From IMG/VR virus record IMGVR_UViG_3300042867_001113: a DNA stretch of 64,000 nucleotides. One strand, written 5' to 3'. The notes beneath the pieces were generated by a model, which was not told the origin of the DNA, ran no database searches, and was given only the letters and a program-made list of their open reading frames with translations. Source of the DNA: a virus. The translations under genes were made by a program, and so were the position numbers. Numbering within the stretch: position 1 is the stretch's first letter; each line of letters opens with the position of its first letter. Positions 35,477-44,952 of this stretch are shown here, piece after piece.

Positions 35477-38329
35477 TCAGGAATTGAGGGACTTCTGCTG
35501 GAAGCGCATCCGCACGAATTCAGCAGGCTTGTTTGGGGCCGCACCGATGTCGATGATGACTTGACCCGCTTCGATGGTGGCCGGGGTATTGTTTGAGGAG
35601 TCACAGACGACAAAGTACGCCTGTTGAGGGTTCACGCCCGCAAAGAAGCCTTGCGAGAACAAGTTCCCCATGTACGAGTCCAGTTGCGCCGTGATGCGCG
35701 ACCAGAGGCCGGGACCATTGTTCTCGAAGACGATCCACCACGTGGCGTTGAAGATCGACTTCTCCAAGAACATGAACAGCCGACGAGCGTTGATGTAGCG
35801 CCAGTCAGGAACCTGCGAGATGGTGCGGACGCCCCACACTGCGAGCCCGGTCTGCGTCGACGAGATCAAAGAGTTGATCTTGTTCGGGTAGACGAGGTCG
35901 CGGTCTTCCTGCGTCGGAGCGGTCTCCAGACCCACAAGGTAGGTCAAGGCGCCGTCCACGGTGCCGCCGGGGCTCTTGCCGACGTTCCGGTTGTTGTCCG
36001 TGCGGGCGTAGACACCAGCGACGTGCCCAAGGGGAGGCATCAGTGTGGGACGGTTGTTCATCAGGGGATTGGAGACTCGGACCCACGGCCAGTAAAGCGC
36101 CGCGTAGTCCGAGGACCGCACGAGGCTGAACCGGAACCAATCGACCGCCTTCTGGGCCGTCAGCCCAGCAGGTGTGGCGAGAATGATGAAGCGGTCACCA
36201 CCCTGCGGCATCAGCGCGCGGCCAGCGGCGTAGTCGAGCTGATCCTGCGAGATGATCACGTTCCCGGCGAAGTCAACGATCGTGATCTGCAGCAGCTCCT
36301 CGACCTTGTTGAAGGCGTACATGCCCTTATAGGTCGCCGCCAGCGCTGTGGCGTCGGTAAACTGCGACCGACCCCAATTCGTCGAGTCGAACGTGCCTTC
36401 CTCACCGGGCAGGTAGTTCTTCGAGGTGTCGCCGAGGATTTCGGAGTGAACCGTCTCGGCCACCTTGTCAGCGAAGGTCGCGACGACGAGCGTCGCTCCC
36501 TTGATGTTGAGCAGAGTGGTGAATTCGACCGCGCCGGTCTCGTAGTCGATGGTGTTGTCCACCGATGTCAGGACCGACCCCACCAGATTGCCGTCACCGT
36601 CGTCTGTGATGACGCGCGCCGTGCCGGTAGTGTCGGTGTAAGCAATCGACACCGTTCGAGGCGCGATGGGTCCACCGAGCGAGGTCGAGAAGACTCGGTT
36701 GGGAGCCAGCGCGTTGCCGCCACCGAGAGCCAGCGTGTGCGGAACGGCATTCAGCTGGTAGGGCGGAATGTCACCAGCAGGCTCGTTGACCCGGATGAGG
36801 TCGGACAGCTCGTTCACGACGTCGGCGAAGTAGACAGGGGAGGATGAGTCGTCGAAGACCATCTCCTCGTACTGCTCGACGACGTTGAAGGTCGACGTTG
36901 GCGTGTTGCGCAGCAGCACCAGCATGTCGAAGCGGGTGTAGACCCCGGTCGATGCGTCAAAGAAGTTCGGCGACCCAGCGATCTGGACCTGCAGGTTGTT
37001 GCCCCACGCGCCGACGGAGATCGGGTCCACCGACCACGCGTTGAGCGTGTAGTCCGAGAGGAGAGGGCTCTTGTTGCAGGGGATGAAGCCCGTGAGGTCG
37101 AGCGCGAACGCTCCCGAGGAGTAGTCCACTGACCCGGGGGTCGCGACATCGCCGAGCCACAGACCCGCCGCCGAAGCGACGATCGGGGCGACTGAGAAGC
37201 CCGCTGCCGCCACGGACTCCGAGAGGACCGGGATCGGGGCAACGGACGAGTTCGGCACCAGTTTGATCTGGGTTGAAGACCCAGCCACGGCTTCCGCCTT
37301 GAGCAGAAGCAGAGGGGCGTTGTTGATGGCGGCGATCGTCGCGGCTTGAACAGTCGCAACCGAGTCCGCGAGGGTGAATGGGATGGGGAGGCCCGTCGAG
37401 GCACCGTTCGAGTCGTACTCGAACGTGACGGGGGGATTGACGCCGTCATCGATGATGAAGGCATCGGTGTCGACGAGCGACGCGCCTGCGACGATCGTGA
37501 TGGCCCCGAAACCGTCGACCGCCGTGCGAGTCGCCGTCGTCGGAGTGAAGTCCACCGTGACGAGGGCACCGTTGTCAGCGAGCACCGGAACGAACGTCCC
37601 GAAAGTGCGGAGCGAGAACCGACCCGAGCGCGAGTCGAGGATCACGATCGCACCGTCCGTGCCGTCACCGACCGAGGCTTGGACGATCGAACCCGTCCCT
37701 GCAGGGATCAGGATGGCCTGCGCACCGGGGCCAGTGAGCGTGAAGTTGATGGTGACGGTACCGCGCACAACGGCGTCGAGGTTGTTCACCAGCGTGGGGA
37801 GGCCAGCAGGGTTGATACGACCATCGTAGCTCGCCTGCGCCGTCACCAGCGAGAGGTTGGCGGTGCTGTCGCGATTGCGCGCGTTCTGGGCGACCACGGG
37901 GGCGCCTGCCGAGCGCCAGTTGACGTTGATCGATCCGGGCACGAGGGGGGAGGCCCCCGCAGCCGTCGGGAACGATCCGGTGAACGCCGTCGTGACGCCG
38001 TCGCCCGTTCCGATGCTGTCGTCGGTGATGTCCGACTGGATCTTCGCATTGGCAGCCACCGCGTTCGCGGGGGGAACACGCACGATGAAGGCACGACGGC
38101 CACCGTTGGCGAAGAACGCCGCGAGCGAGAGAGGCATGAGGCTCTGCGTGACCAGCCCACCGAAGATGCGGGAGTACTGCTCGAAGCTCTGCACGAGCAC
38201 GGCTTCATTGGCCGGACCACGCTCTGCGTAGCCCACGGTGCCGAGGTTCGAGGTCGTCACACCGGGAATGATCTGCGCCGCCGTCGGGACTTCTTCGACG
38301 AAAACACCGGGCGAGAGAATGTCAGCCAT
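35477..38329 (-). CDS. contractile tail sheath protein
   Basis: LSPGVFVEE, RGP, FF.NGG, AALYWPW, PPLGHVAG.YAR.D, WGVRT, RYINARRL, FENN, KPAEF. Confidence 0.97.
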   Translation of the reverse strand: MADILSPGVFVEEVPTAAQIIPGVTTSNLGTVGYAERGPANEAVLVQSFEQYSRIFGGLVTQSLMPLSLAAFFANGGRRAFIVRVPPANAVAANAKIQSDITDDSIGTGDGVTTAFTGSFPTAAGASPLVPGSINVNWRSAGAPVVAQNARNRDSTANLSLVTAQASYDGRINPAGLPTLVNNLDAVVRGTVTINFTLTGPGAQAILIPAGTGSIVQASVGDGTDGAIVILDSRSGRFSLRTFGTFVPVLADNGALVTVDFTPTTATRTAVDGFGAITIVAGASLVDTDAFIIDDGVNPPVTFEYDSNGASTGLPIPFTLADSVATVQAATIAAINNAPLLLLKAEAVAGSSTQIKLVPNSSVAPIPVLSESVAAAGFSVAPIVASAAGLWLGDVATPGSVDYSSGAFALDLTGFIPCNKSPLLSDYTLNAWSVDPISVGAWGNNLQVQIAGSPNFFDASTGVYTRFDMLVLLRNTPTSTFNVVEQYEEMVFDDSSSPVYFADVVNELSDLIRVNEPAGDIPPYQLNAVPHTLALGGGNALAPNRVFSTSLGGPIAPRTVSIAYTDTTGTARVITDDGDGNLVGSVLTSVDNTIDYETGAVEFTTLLNIKGATLVVATFADKVAETVHSEILGDTSKNYLPGEEGTFDSTNWGRSQFTDATALAATYKGMYAFNKVEELLQITIVDFAGNVIISQDQLDYAAGRALMPQGGDRFIILATPAGLTAQKAVDWFRFSLVRSSDYAALYWPWVRVSNPLMNNRPTLMPPLGHVAGVYARTDNNRNVGKSPGGTVDGALTYLVGLETAPTQEDRDLVYPNKINSLISSTQTGLAVWGVRTISQVPDWRYINARRLFMFLEKSIFNATWWIVFENNGPGLWSRITAQLDSYMGNLFSQGFFAGVNPQQAYFVVCDSSNNTPATIEAGQVIIDIGAAPNKPAEFVRMRFQQKSLNS

Positions 38330-38370
38330 GTCGTGCTCCTACAGGTGAACAATGTCGCAGAAAGGGAAAA

Positions 38371-38703
38371 TCACTTCTTTTCAGGCGACGGAAGGATGGG
38401 GTCTTCCTTGACCTTGGCCTCAGGCTTTACCTCAGGCTTCGCTTCAGGCTTCGCTTCAGGCTTCGCGAGAGCGGGGGCCTTCTTGACAGCGATGGTCACG
38501 CCGGACTTCGATTTCTTCGCCGCGATGAGGGGGATGGCGCGAATCTCAGGGATCAGCGCCCGCTGGTCGAGCAGGCTCTTCATGGAAGCCGACAGCTCCA
38601 CGTCATCGGGGAGCGAGGTCCACGCCTTCGGTGGGAAAACTGCAACCTTGCCCTCGATGGTGGCCGAGACGGAACCGCGAGTCGTGTTGTAGAACTTGCT
38701 CAT
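38371..38703 (-). CDS. small protein with KPEA repeats
   Basis: 110 aa, 12-bp tandem repeats at about 38419-38466. Confidence 0.6.
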   Translation of the reverse strand: MSKFYNTTRGSVSATIEGKVAVFPPKAWTSLPDDVELSASMKSLLDQRALIPEIRAIPLIAAKKSKSGVTIAVKKAPALAKPEAKPEAKPEVKPEAKVKEDPILPSPEKK

Positions 38704-39419
38704 GGATTCTTCCTCTGAAGGGAGAGTACTGGCGGTTGCGTTGCAGTGCGGGAAGTCGTCGGGTCTGCGAGATCGTATTCTGCTTCGACCCTGATGGTCA
38801 CGGCAAATTGAATCATACGTTCAAGGATGCCCGCGACGTCATCCAAGTTGACAATACCCTCGTTGAACGCCTCGTAGGATCGAGGAACGCCGAGGGAGTC
38901 CGTCACCCAGATTTGGCCGTACACCGGCCAGATCTTCAAAATGTGCGTGAGCATCCGGTTCGCTGCGCTTCGACCGGGACCGCCACGCAGCGAGTTGTAG
39001 ATGTTGATCGTGTACGTGATGTCGTAAGGCGTTGCCGCCTCCTGCATCGCCATCCGGTCCGCCTGAGTGCGGGGCCCGTTTTGGGTCTGAGCAGTGACGA
39101 ACGTCGCCGTCTTGGCAGGGGCCCGGTACTTCTGCGTGAAGGGGTGCAACCGCTGCTGAGACACCGAGATGTCGTCACGCGTGACCACGAAAGCCGGGTA
39201 CCGGAAGTTCGCGTAGAAGTCCTCCGGGTACATGAAGTGAACCGGGATTCCCGGGTCACCCGGAGGGGGCTCGACTCCATCAATGGTGATGTAGAAGTGG
39301 CTGCCGTTGACTCGCCCACCCATCGACTCGATGAAGCCTTGGTCAAATGACCGGAGGTCAACATCGCCGTTTGGCAGGGCACCCGTAACCTGTTCGAGGA
39401 GAACAGACGGGTCTGTCAT
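38700..39419 (-). CDS. tail terminator / completion protein (gp15-like)
   Basis: P.F...R.D...R.H...PYDITY.I.IY; upstream of the sheath; start MTDPS. Confidence 0.65.
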   Translation of the reverse strand: MTDPSVLLEQVTGALPNGDVDLRSFDQGFIESMGGRVNGSHFYITIDGVEPPPGDPGIPVHFMYPEDFYANFRYPAFVVTRDDISVSQQRLHPFTQKYRAPAKTATFVTAQTQNGPRTQADRMAMQEAATPYDITYTINIYNSLRGGPGRSAANRMLTHILKIWPVYGQIWVTDSLGVPRSYEAFNEGIVNLDDVAGILERMIQFAVTIRVEAEYDLADPTTSRTATQPPVLSLQRKNP

Positions 39420-39424
39420 TGGAG

Positions 39425-39826
39425 TCAGGCGCTCTCGCCGAAGTGAGAATCGGCAATCGCCATGACCATGTCGCCGAACGCCATGATCTTCGCCTTGCCA
39501 ATCCACTCAGCAGTGGAGACGAGGTCATCCTCGGGCGGGAGGAAGGGCAAGGATCCCTCCTCGGCGACTGCGTCTGCAGCATCGAAGACGAAGTCGACGG
39601 CGCTCTCGGAGTCGAGGTCGTAGGCGTCCTCGATGCCAGCAGCGATGTCGAGCATGAAGTCGATGAGCACGTCGTTGACGTCGCTCACGTTCTCGGCGCC
39701 GCCGGAACCAGCCTCACCCTCACCGTGCTCGGTGTCGATCTCGCTCTCGGGGCCCCACGCCTCGCCTTCCATCTCCGCGAGTCGTTTGCGGATGCCTGCG
39801 AGCTTCTGGGAAACACTGATGGCCAT
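39425..39826 (-). CDS. acidic protein with N-terminal KLAGI motif
   Basis: 133 aa, GGAGG RBS. Confidence 0.6.
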   Translation of the reverse strand: MAISVSQKLAGIRKRLAEMEGEAWGPESEIDTEHGEGEAGSGGAENVSDVNDVLIDFMLDIAAGIEDAYDLDSESAVDFVFDAADAVAEEGSLPFLPPEDDLVSTAEWIGKAKIMAFGDMVMAIADSHFGESA

Positions 39827-39863
39827 TGAGTCCTCCGTAGGGGGTCAGCTTGTTCTACTGCAC

Positions 39864-40658
39864 TCATCGAATTTTGTCTTGAAACTCTTCAAACGAGTCG
39901 ATCTCCGTACCGGGCACAACGGCAGCTGACAAGTTCCGCCAAGACTTCCACCCGTCAAAGTCCCAGTCCAGCATCGCCCGTCCGACCACTTCACTCTCGA
40001 ACAAGGCAGCCACGCGCTGCTTGGTGGCAACAATTGCTGGGCGCCAGTGTGCGACGCTCCGAGACCCGCCCAGCCCGTACTCCAGCCGCAGAGCAGTGTA
40101 CGCCAGATCAGTTGTGGCCTTGACCTTCGTTGAAGGGTCGATCTTCACCCCTTCGTCCTTGAACGCTTTGGACCACTCAGGGCGACTCTTCTGGAGCTTT
40201 TCTCGAACCCCTTCCACCTCCCGCGTCGACACTTTCCGCTTCGTGGTCGTCGCGATCGACGTCGGTGGCTTGAAGGGGAGGGTGTCGGATGTCCACGGTT
40301 GATACCGCATCAACAGCTTGACAACAGGGTGTGGTTTTCGCGCGTTTTTGGGCTTGAAGTAGAGGACGTCCCGGGCGCCGTCGACTTCCTCGGCCTTGGT
40401 CGGTTCAGACGCCACTGCGAAGACAGGATTGACGACACCAGACTGCACGAGACGCAGAGAGCTGCGGTACGCAGCGTAGTCCGCCCCCGTCGGAATTCTG
40501 GAGACCACCTCTTCGAGCATGATCTTCGCGGCGTTGTAGACGATGTAGCGCTGGATGGCCTCAGCACGCAGCTTCAGGAACCCCTGCTCGATCATAGCCA
40601 GCGTCATGCGGGTGGCCATGTCGGGGCTGATGTTGATGTCGAAGGACGTCTTCGCCAT
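39864..40658 (-). CDS. putative neck / tail-completion protein
   Basis: LEYG....HWRPA motif; start MAKTS via TGATG. Confidence 0.55.
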   Translation of the reverse strand: MAKTSFDINISPDMATRMTLAMIEQGFLKLRAEAIQRYIVYNAAKIMLEEVVSRIPTGADYAAYRSSLRLVQSGVVNPVFAVASEPTKAEEVDGARDVLYFKPKNARKPHPVVKLLMRYQPWTSDTLPFKPPTSIATTTKRKVSTREVEGVREKLQKSRPEWSKAFKDEGVKIDPSTKVKATTDLAYTALRLEYGLGGSRSVAHWRPAIVATKQRVAALFESEVVGRAMLDWDFDGWKSWRNLSAAVVPGTEIDSFEEFQDKIR

Positions 40659-41128
40659 CAGCCCTTCTCCGCGTCGCGCTTCTCGAACTCTGCCTCTGTC
40701 TCGGCGATACGCTCCCACACAGTTTTCTTGCGGGGAGGGAAGAGTGTGGCCAGTGTCTTCTCGACACCTCCGCCAATGTTCACCAGAGCCTGAGCCTCCT
40801 GAGGGAGCTGCATGTTTGTCGGCTTGAGGGTCGGGAGCATGCGCTTGTGCTTTTCACACACCCCGAAGCGGCGCCTCGACCCGGGCTTGGCGATGACCCC
40901 TACAGGGGGTTCGCCGCAGATGAAGCACCACTGGTCGAAGGCCGTCATCGGGCCCGCGTACTCATGGAAGTCATCACCCGCGAGCGGCGACCCACACGGT
41001 GTGCGGGAGGTGCAACGGTCCCCGGGAAGACCTCGGTCGCGACCCTCCCAATACCGGGGACAGGTGGCACACACCGTCGACAACCCACCTTGGACCGCAA
41101 GGGCCACCCGCACACTGTGCTGCGACAA
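40658..41128 (-). CDS. Cys-rich zinc-binding protein
   Basis: CATC...C...C; CFIC...CEKH. Confidence 0.6.
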   Translation of the reverse strand: MSQHSVRVALAVQGGLSTVCATCPRYWEGRDRGLPGDRCTSRTPCGSPLAGDDFHEYAGPMTAFDQWCFICGEPPVGVIAKPGSRRRFGVCEKHKRMLPTLKPTNMQLPQEAQALVNIGGGVEKTLATLFPPRKKTVWERIAETEAEFEKRDAEKG

Positions 41129-41136
41129 GTGGCCTC

Positions 41137-41394
41137 CTAGATCGCCGCTTTGGCGACCTTGAGGGCCTTCGTTGCCTTCGAGGCGTTGAACATCTTCATG
41201 CCCTTCAGCAAGGCCGCTTTGCTGGAGACGAGCTTCTTCAGCATGCCGATGAAGATCTCCTGATGACCCTCGTCACCGGGATCCATGCCTGCCGCATCCA
41301 TCGCAAGCACGAGCTGCGGGATGAGGATTTTCGGATCGGGCATGGAATCGCTCTCTTCACCGAGCAGAGCAAGCATCTTGGGCGTGACAGACAT
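41137..41394 (-). CDS. hypothetical protein
   Basis: 85 aa, GAGGT RBS. Confidence 0.6.
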   Translation of the reverse strand: MSVTPKMLALLGEESDSMPDPKILIPQLVLAMDAAGMDPGDEGHQEIFIGMLKKLVSSKAALLKGMKMFNASKATKALKVAKAAI

Positions 41395-41405
41395 AGGGCA
41401 CCTCT

Positions 41406-41993
41406 TCAGATGGACGTTACCAGTTTTCGTTCAGGAGTCTGCTGCGTCGTGCGGCGGAGGGTACACTTGAATCCGACGAAGGACGGGTTGTCAAACAGCG
41501 TTCCGTCCTCTTGGACGTCGATGATGGAGAAGTAGAGGCCTGCCCCAGGAATGTTGAAACCGTCCACCGCGAATTCGGTGTTGTAGTAGGGGGTGTCCCA
41601 CACGCGAACGATGTCCGACTCGCTCGGCGCAAGCATGTTCACGCGCTCGCACTCCGACCGAGGCAACCACAGCTCGCCGTCGAACGATGAGGACAGGCCC
41701 TCCATCGCCACGCCGGTCGTCTTGGCGAGAGTGACGAACGCCTTGAGCAGGTAGGGGCCCAACCAAGCCCGCTTCACCGGCTCGTTGTAGACAGGGTCCA
41801 CGATCGACTGCGAGATGTTCTGCGTGTAGTAGGCGATCGACGTGCCGATGATGTTGACGTGCTCGCTCGTGATGCAGTCGAACAGCGCCCGCTCGCAGTC
41901 ACCGAGGGCGAAAGTCTCGCAGTCGCCCATCGGACGCACCGGCATCGTCGGTTGAGGGCAGAGGTAGTCCGAGATCGATTTACACTTGCTCAC
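41406..41993 (-). CDS. neck / head closure protein (gp14-like)
   Basis: E.....G....YY...D.VY.E...P.E.DI; GTG start with GGAGG RBS; synteny. Confidence 0.7.
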   Translation of the reverse strand: MSKCKSISDYLCPQPTMPVRPMGDCETFALGDCERALFDCITSEHVNIIGTSIAYYTQNISQSIVDPVYNEPVKRAWLGPYLLKAFVTLAKTTGVAMEGLSSSFDGELWLPRSECERVNMLAPSESDIVRVWDTPYYNTEFAVDGFNIPGAGLYFSIIDVQEDGTLFDNPSFVGFKCTLRRTTQQTPERKLVTSI

Positions 41994-42006
41994 AAGACCT
42001 CCCTCC

Positions 42007-42020
42007 GGACCATATGGACC
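42007..42020. promoter_or_regulatory. GGACCATAYGGNCC site between the endonuclease stop and the gp14 RBS
   Basis: GGACCATATGGACC. Confidence 0.75.
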
Positions 42021-42025
42021 CGACG

Positions 42026-42898
42026 TTACGGTCGGGTCTTCCGCAGGCAGAGTACGACCATCGGGTCGTCTCGCAAGGCGTGCGGCGACAACACTCGAAA
42101 GTCCGTCTCGCAGAGGATGTGGAAGGTCCACCCTCGTTGGAGGCAGTACGCCTCCGCCGCCTTGTACTTGGCAGAGTTGACTTCCGCTGACTGTTCAGCA
42201 TGCCACTGAGACTTGATCTCGTACAGGTCCGTGCCGAGCAGGTAGTCCGGCGTGTAGTGACGAGCGACCCCTGCGAAGACGTAGGGGATTCGCACGGGCT
42301 CCACGCGAACCGATAAGATGTCGGCACCTAAGTTCTCTAGGTGCTTGAGAAAAGAGTATTCATAAGAGCTGCGAAATCGCAGGTTTTGGTAGCGACCTTG
42401 GATGCCTCTTCCTCCTGCACCGTCGTACACTTTCCCGTACGCCGGGTTACCAGACCCTGAAACACGTTGAGCGATGCGATCCTTCAGAAAACCGGCGCGT
42501 GATCCGTAGCGCTCCTCGTATGAGCGGCCTTTGGTTCGCGCACTTGATCGCTTTCCTGAGTCGGCCTTCCTCGATGGAGTCCACGCGACCTGCTGCTTTG
42601 CACGGGATGCGTCGCTGTGGGTCTTTCCGAAGAAAGAGTTGTGCTCTCCACTCATATCGCGGCGCGTCTCCATCCCCTGTAGGAGTCGCTGACGTATCTC
42701 CGAGGTAGACATCGCGTCTGCCGTTCGTTGAGAAACTCGGTCCCGGTAACTTTGCGACGTCAAAGGGGCCGATGGATGCTCTCGGCGATAGTCGGCGACC
42801 GAGGTGGCGTGGGAGCGCAGGTGTGGGGATACAGCATGGACCCTCTGACCGCATATCAGACACGGTATCCTATCGTCAGAGAGATCCGAGGATTCCAT
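42026..42898 (-). mobile_element. free-standing homing-endonuclease-like gene: zinc finger + NUMOD3-like repeats + TnsA-N/gp4-like PD-(D/E)XK nuclease
   Basis: CLICG...HLRSH; GEHNSFFGKTHS; GNPAYGK; FRSSYE...IPY...YTPDY...EIKS...KYKAA. Confidence 0.75.
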
Positions 42899-43778
42899 GC
42901 AGGTGCCCGAGCATGTCGTGATTCAGGATGCAAGTCAAAAAACTGCCAACGATGAACCCAATGGGCATCGCGCTCTGGCCAATCTCCTCTTCGAGAATCT
43001 GCACCTCGCTATCAGCCTCGCCGAGAAGCACGCCTCCGTCGAGACCCGTCGATCCACCCGCTGTCGGGTACGAGTCGTACTTCGACCGGATGCGTCCGAG
43101 GTCTCGCTTCGCCATTGCCAGTGCGTAGCGACGAACGAGGTCGAAGTCCCTCTGCTTCAGGTCGGTGATGCAGAACGAATTTGCTGTGTAGTAGACGAGC
43201 GCCTTGGGCGTCGTCGGAGACAGGCGCGTCGGCAGGATGTAGAGCTTCGTGTTCTCCTGCCGCCACTCTGGATCGGCTCCAAGGACACGCTGGGCGGTCT
43301 GGGTGTACTGCTGGACCTGCAGCAAACTGGAGATGGGCCCGCCCGTCTCACCGCCTCCACCAACCCCGATGCCGAATCCACCGCCGTAGGCGAGGGGGAC
43401 GCCCAGATTCTCGTTCGGCCATGCCCAAGCCCACGGGGAGGCGAGGGGGTTCATGTCGTAGTTGGAAAACGGGAAGACCACGTCCGTGACGACGTCAACG
43501 TCGCTCGGGAGGCAGTACTCCACGACGTTCGGGATGAGCTGCAGGTCGTAGTTCTTGATGTACCCCTTCTTTGCCGCGAACCAACGAAGCGCCTGCCCGA
43601 TGTCGTCCATCAGGTGCGCTTCAGTCAGCTCGATTTTGAGGAGGGGAGCACCGAGACGCCGTAGAATCCACAGCGCCATGTCGTCCGCGTCAACCTTCGT
43701 CGACGGCGAGATCCCACAGCTGCTGATGCTGATGCCGGTGCCTCCGCCGCCGCCACACCCACCACAGTCGTCAGCCAT
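42876..43778 (-). CDS. neck / head-tail adaptor protein (T4 gp13-like)
   Basis: LRRLGAP...IELT, YALAMAK..LG.IRSKY...GG...LDG, P.GF.VG. Confidence 0.85.
   Translation of the reverse strand: MADDCGGCGGGGGTGISISSCGISPSTKVDADDMALWILRRLGAPLLKIELTEAHLMDDIGQALRWFAAKKGYIKNYDLQLIPNVVEYCLPSDVDVVTDVVFPFSNYDMNPLASPWAWAWPNENLGVPLAYGGGFGIGVGGGGETGGPISSLLQVQQYTQTAQRVLGADPEWRQENTKLYILPTRLSPTTPKALVYYTANSFCITDLKQRDFDLVRRYALAMAKRDLGRIRSKYDSYPTAGGSTGLDGGVLLGEADSEVQILEEEIGQSAMPIGFIVGSFLTCILNHDMLGHLHGILGSL
42910..42938 (-). promoter_or_regulatory. sigma70-like promoter for the endonuclease
   Basis: TTGACT-17bp-CATGCT, 11 nt before the ATG. Confidence 0.45.
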
Positions 43779-43795
43779 GAGGTCTCCTTCAGTGC

Positions 43796-44230
43796 CTATG
43801 CTTCAGGCGTGGGCTTCACCTTACGCGGTCGGCCTCCCTTGTTCTTCGCAGGCGCGGGAGGCGTACCCTCGATCATCGTATCGTTCGGCGACGGGTTTGC
43901 CGAATTGCTTTCGAGTTGAGTCGGGACGGTTTCAGCGGAAGCAGGCTCAGGCGGCACAGGATCAGTTGTGACGGGCACAGACTCGTCGACCGGCACAGTC
44001 TCGCGGGCAGCGATGGCGAGGGCATCGTGGAGGGCTGGAACGGCGGCTGCCGCTGGGAGAGACTGGTAGACCGGCTTCACTTCCACAGCCCCGATCTCGT
44101 GCAGCAGATGTGGCGCAAAGTGCTGGTACTGGTCACCCTCAAGGATGTCGACGTCGTGGACACGACCGTGACCGGGGACGATGACAACGGAAAGGTGAGG
44201 GTTTTTCCGAAAACGGCGAATGGTGGTCAT
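43796..44230 (-). CDS. hypothetical protein with C-terminal AT-hook-like KGGRPRK
   Basis: Start MTTIR via ATGA overlap. Confidence 0.6.
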   Translation of the reverse strand: MTTIRRFRKNPHLSVVIVPGHGRVHDVDILEGDQYQHFAPHLLHEIGAVEVKPVYQSLPAAAAVPALHDALAIAARETVPVDESVPVTTDPVPPEPASAETVPTQLESNSANPSPNDTMIEGTPPAPAKNKGGRPRKVKPTPEA

Positions 44231-44799
44231 GATTCCTCGTTGATGCTGCTTGCAACCGCCAGAAGCGAGTCGCGGAGGTCGGCGACACAAGCTTCCAACA
44301 AGTCGAGGCGGGCGAAAGCCTCCTTGAGCCTCCGCGCCGTGTGCGAGGATGAAGATGGCGCAGCGCGGATCCTCGGCTCGCGTGGGGGCGAGACAGGTTC
44401 GGGGATCGCCTCTGCCACTTCTGGAAGATCCTCCTCGTCTTCCTCCTCGTCCTCGTCTTCCTCGTCCTCCGCGTCTTCCGCGTCTTCCTCCTCGGCGTCG
44501 TCTTCGTCCCGCTCAAAAGCAGATCTCAGCTCCGAGTACGACGGCGAGATGGCACCTGTCGTCATCTCGGAGAGGGCTCGGATCTTCGCTTCGACGTCTT
44601 CGTCCACCGGGATGACGGCTTCGTCCGGAGAGAGCGATGGAGTTGGCACAGGGGGTGGCGCAAGGTCGGGCAGGAGCGGGAGCGTGGTGGTGCCTGCGTC
44701 CTGCTTGGGGGCTACCGGCAGAGTGACGGGGGGACCGGGCCGAAACACCGCCCCCAGCGCACCAAGTTCCGCCATCACGCTGTTCAGGCGACCGGTCAT
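44227..44799 (-). CDS. acidic Pro-rich hypothetical protein
   Basis: Start MTGRL with GGAG RBS; poly-E/D tract. Confidence 0.6.
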   Translation of the reverse strand: MTGRLNSVMAELGALGAVFRPGPPVTLPVAPKQDAGTTTLPLLPDLAPPPVPTPSLSPDEAVIPVDEDVEAKIRALSEMTTGAISPSYSELRSAFERDEDDAEEEDAEDAEDEEDEDEEEDEEDLPEVAEAIPEPVSPPREPRIRAAPSSSSHTARRLKEAFARLDLLEACVADLRDSLLAVASSINEES

Positions 44800-44853
44800 A
44801 GTTTGCTCCTCCCGCACTCATCGCGTGAGGCGCACATAAAGTCAACACGCCGC

Positions 44854-44882
44854 AAAGAAAAACGACCCCGTGAGGGGCCGTT
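44854..44882 (-). terminator. intrinsic terminator downstream of the capsid gene
   Basis: AACGGCCCC-TCAC-GGGGTCGTT-TTTCTTT. Confidence 0.8.
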
Positions 44883-44952
44883 CTTCAGCAGATGCCGATC
44901 TCTCGGCAGGGTCGTAGTGTGCAGCAACCTAAGTTAGATTGCTAGGGTCCGG

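Noticed and set aside
21827-38329. Interpretation as an extracellular contractile injection system or tailocin
   Set aside because: Terminase, portal, protease, capsid, neck and DNA polymerase genes are present, indicating a complete phage.
38419-38466. 12-bp tandem repeats
   Set aside because: They encode a KPEA low-complexity linker; there are no spacers, so this is not CRISPR.
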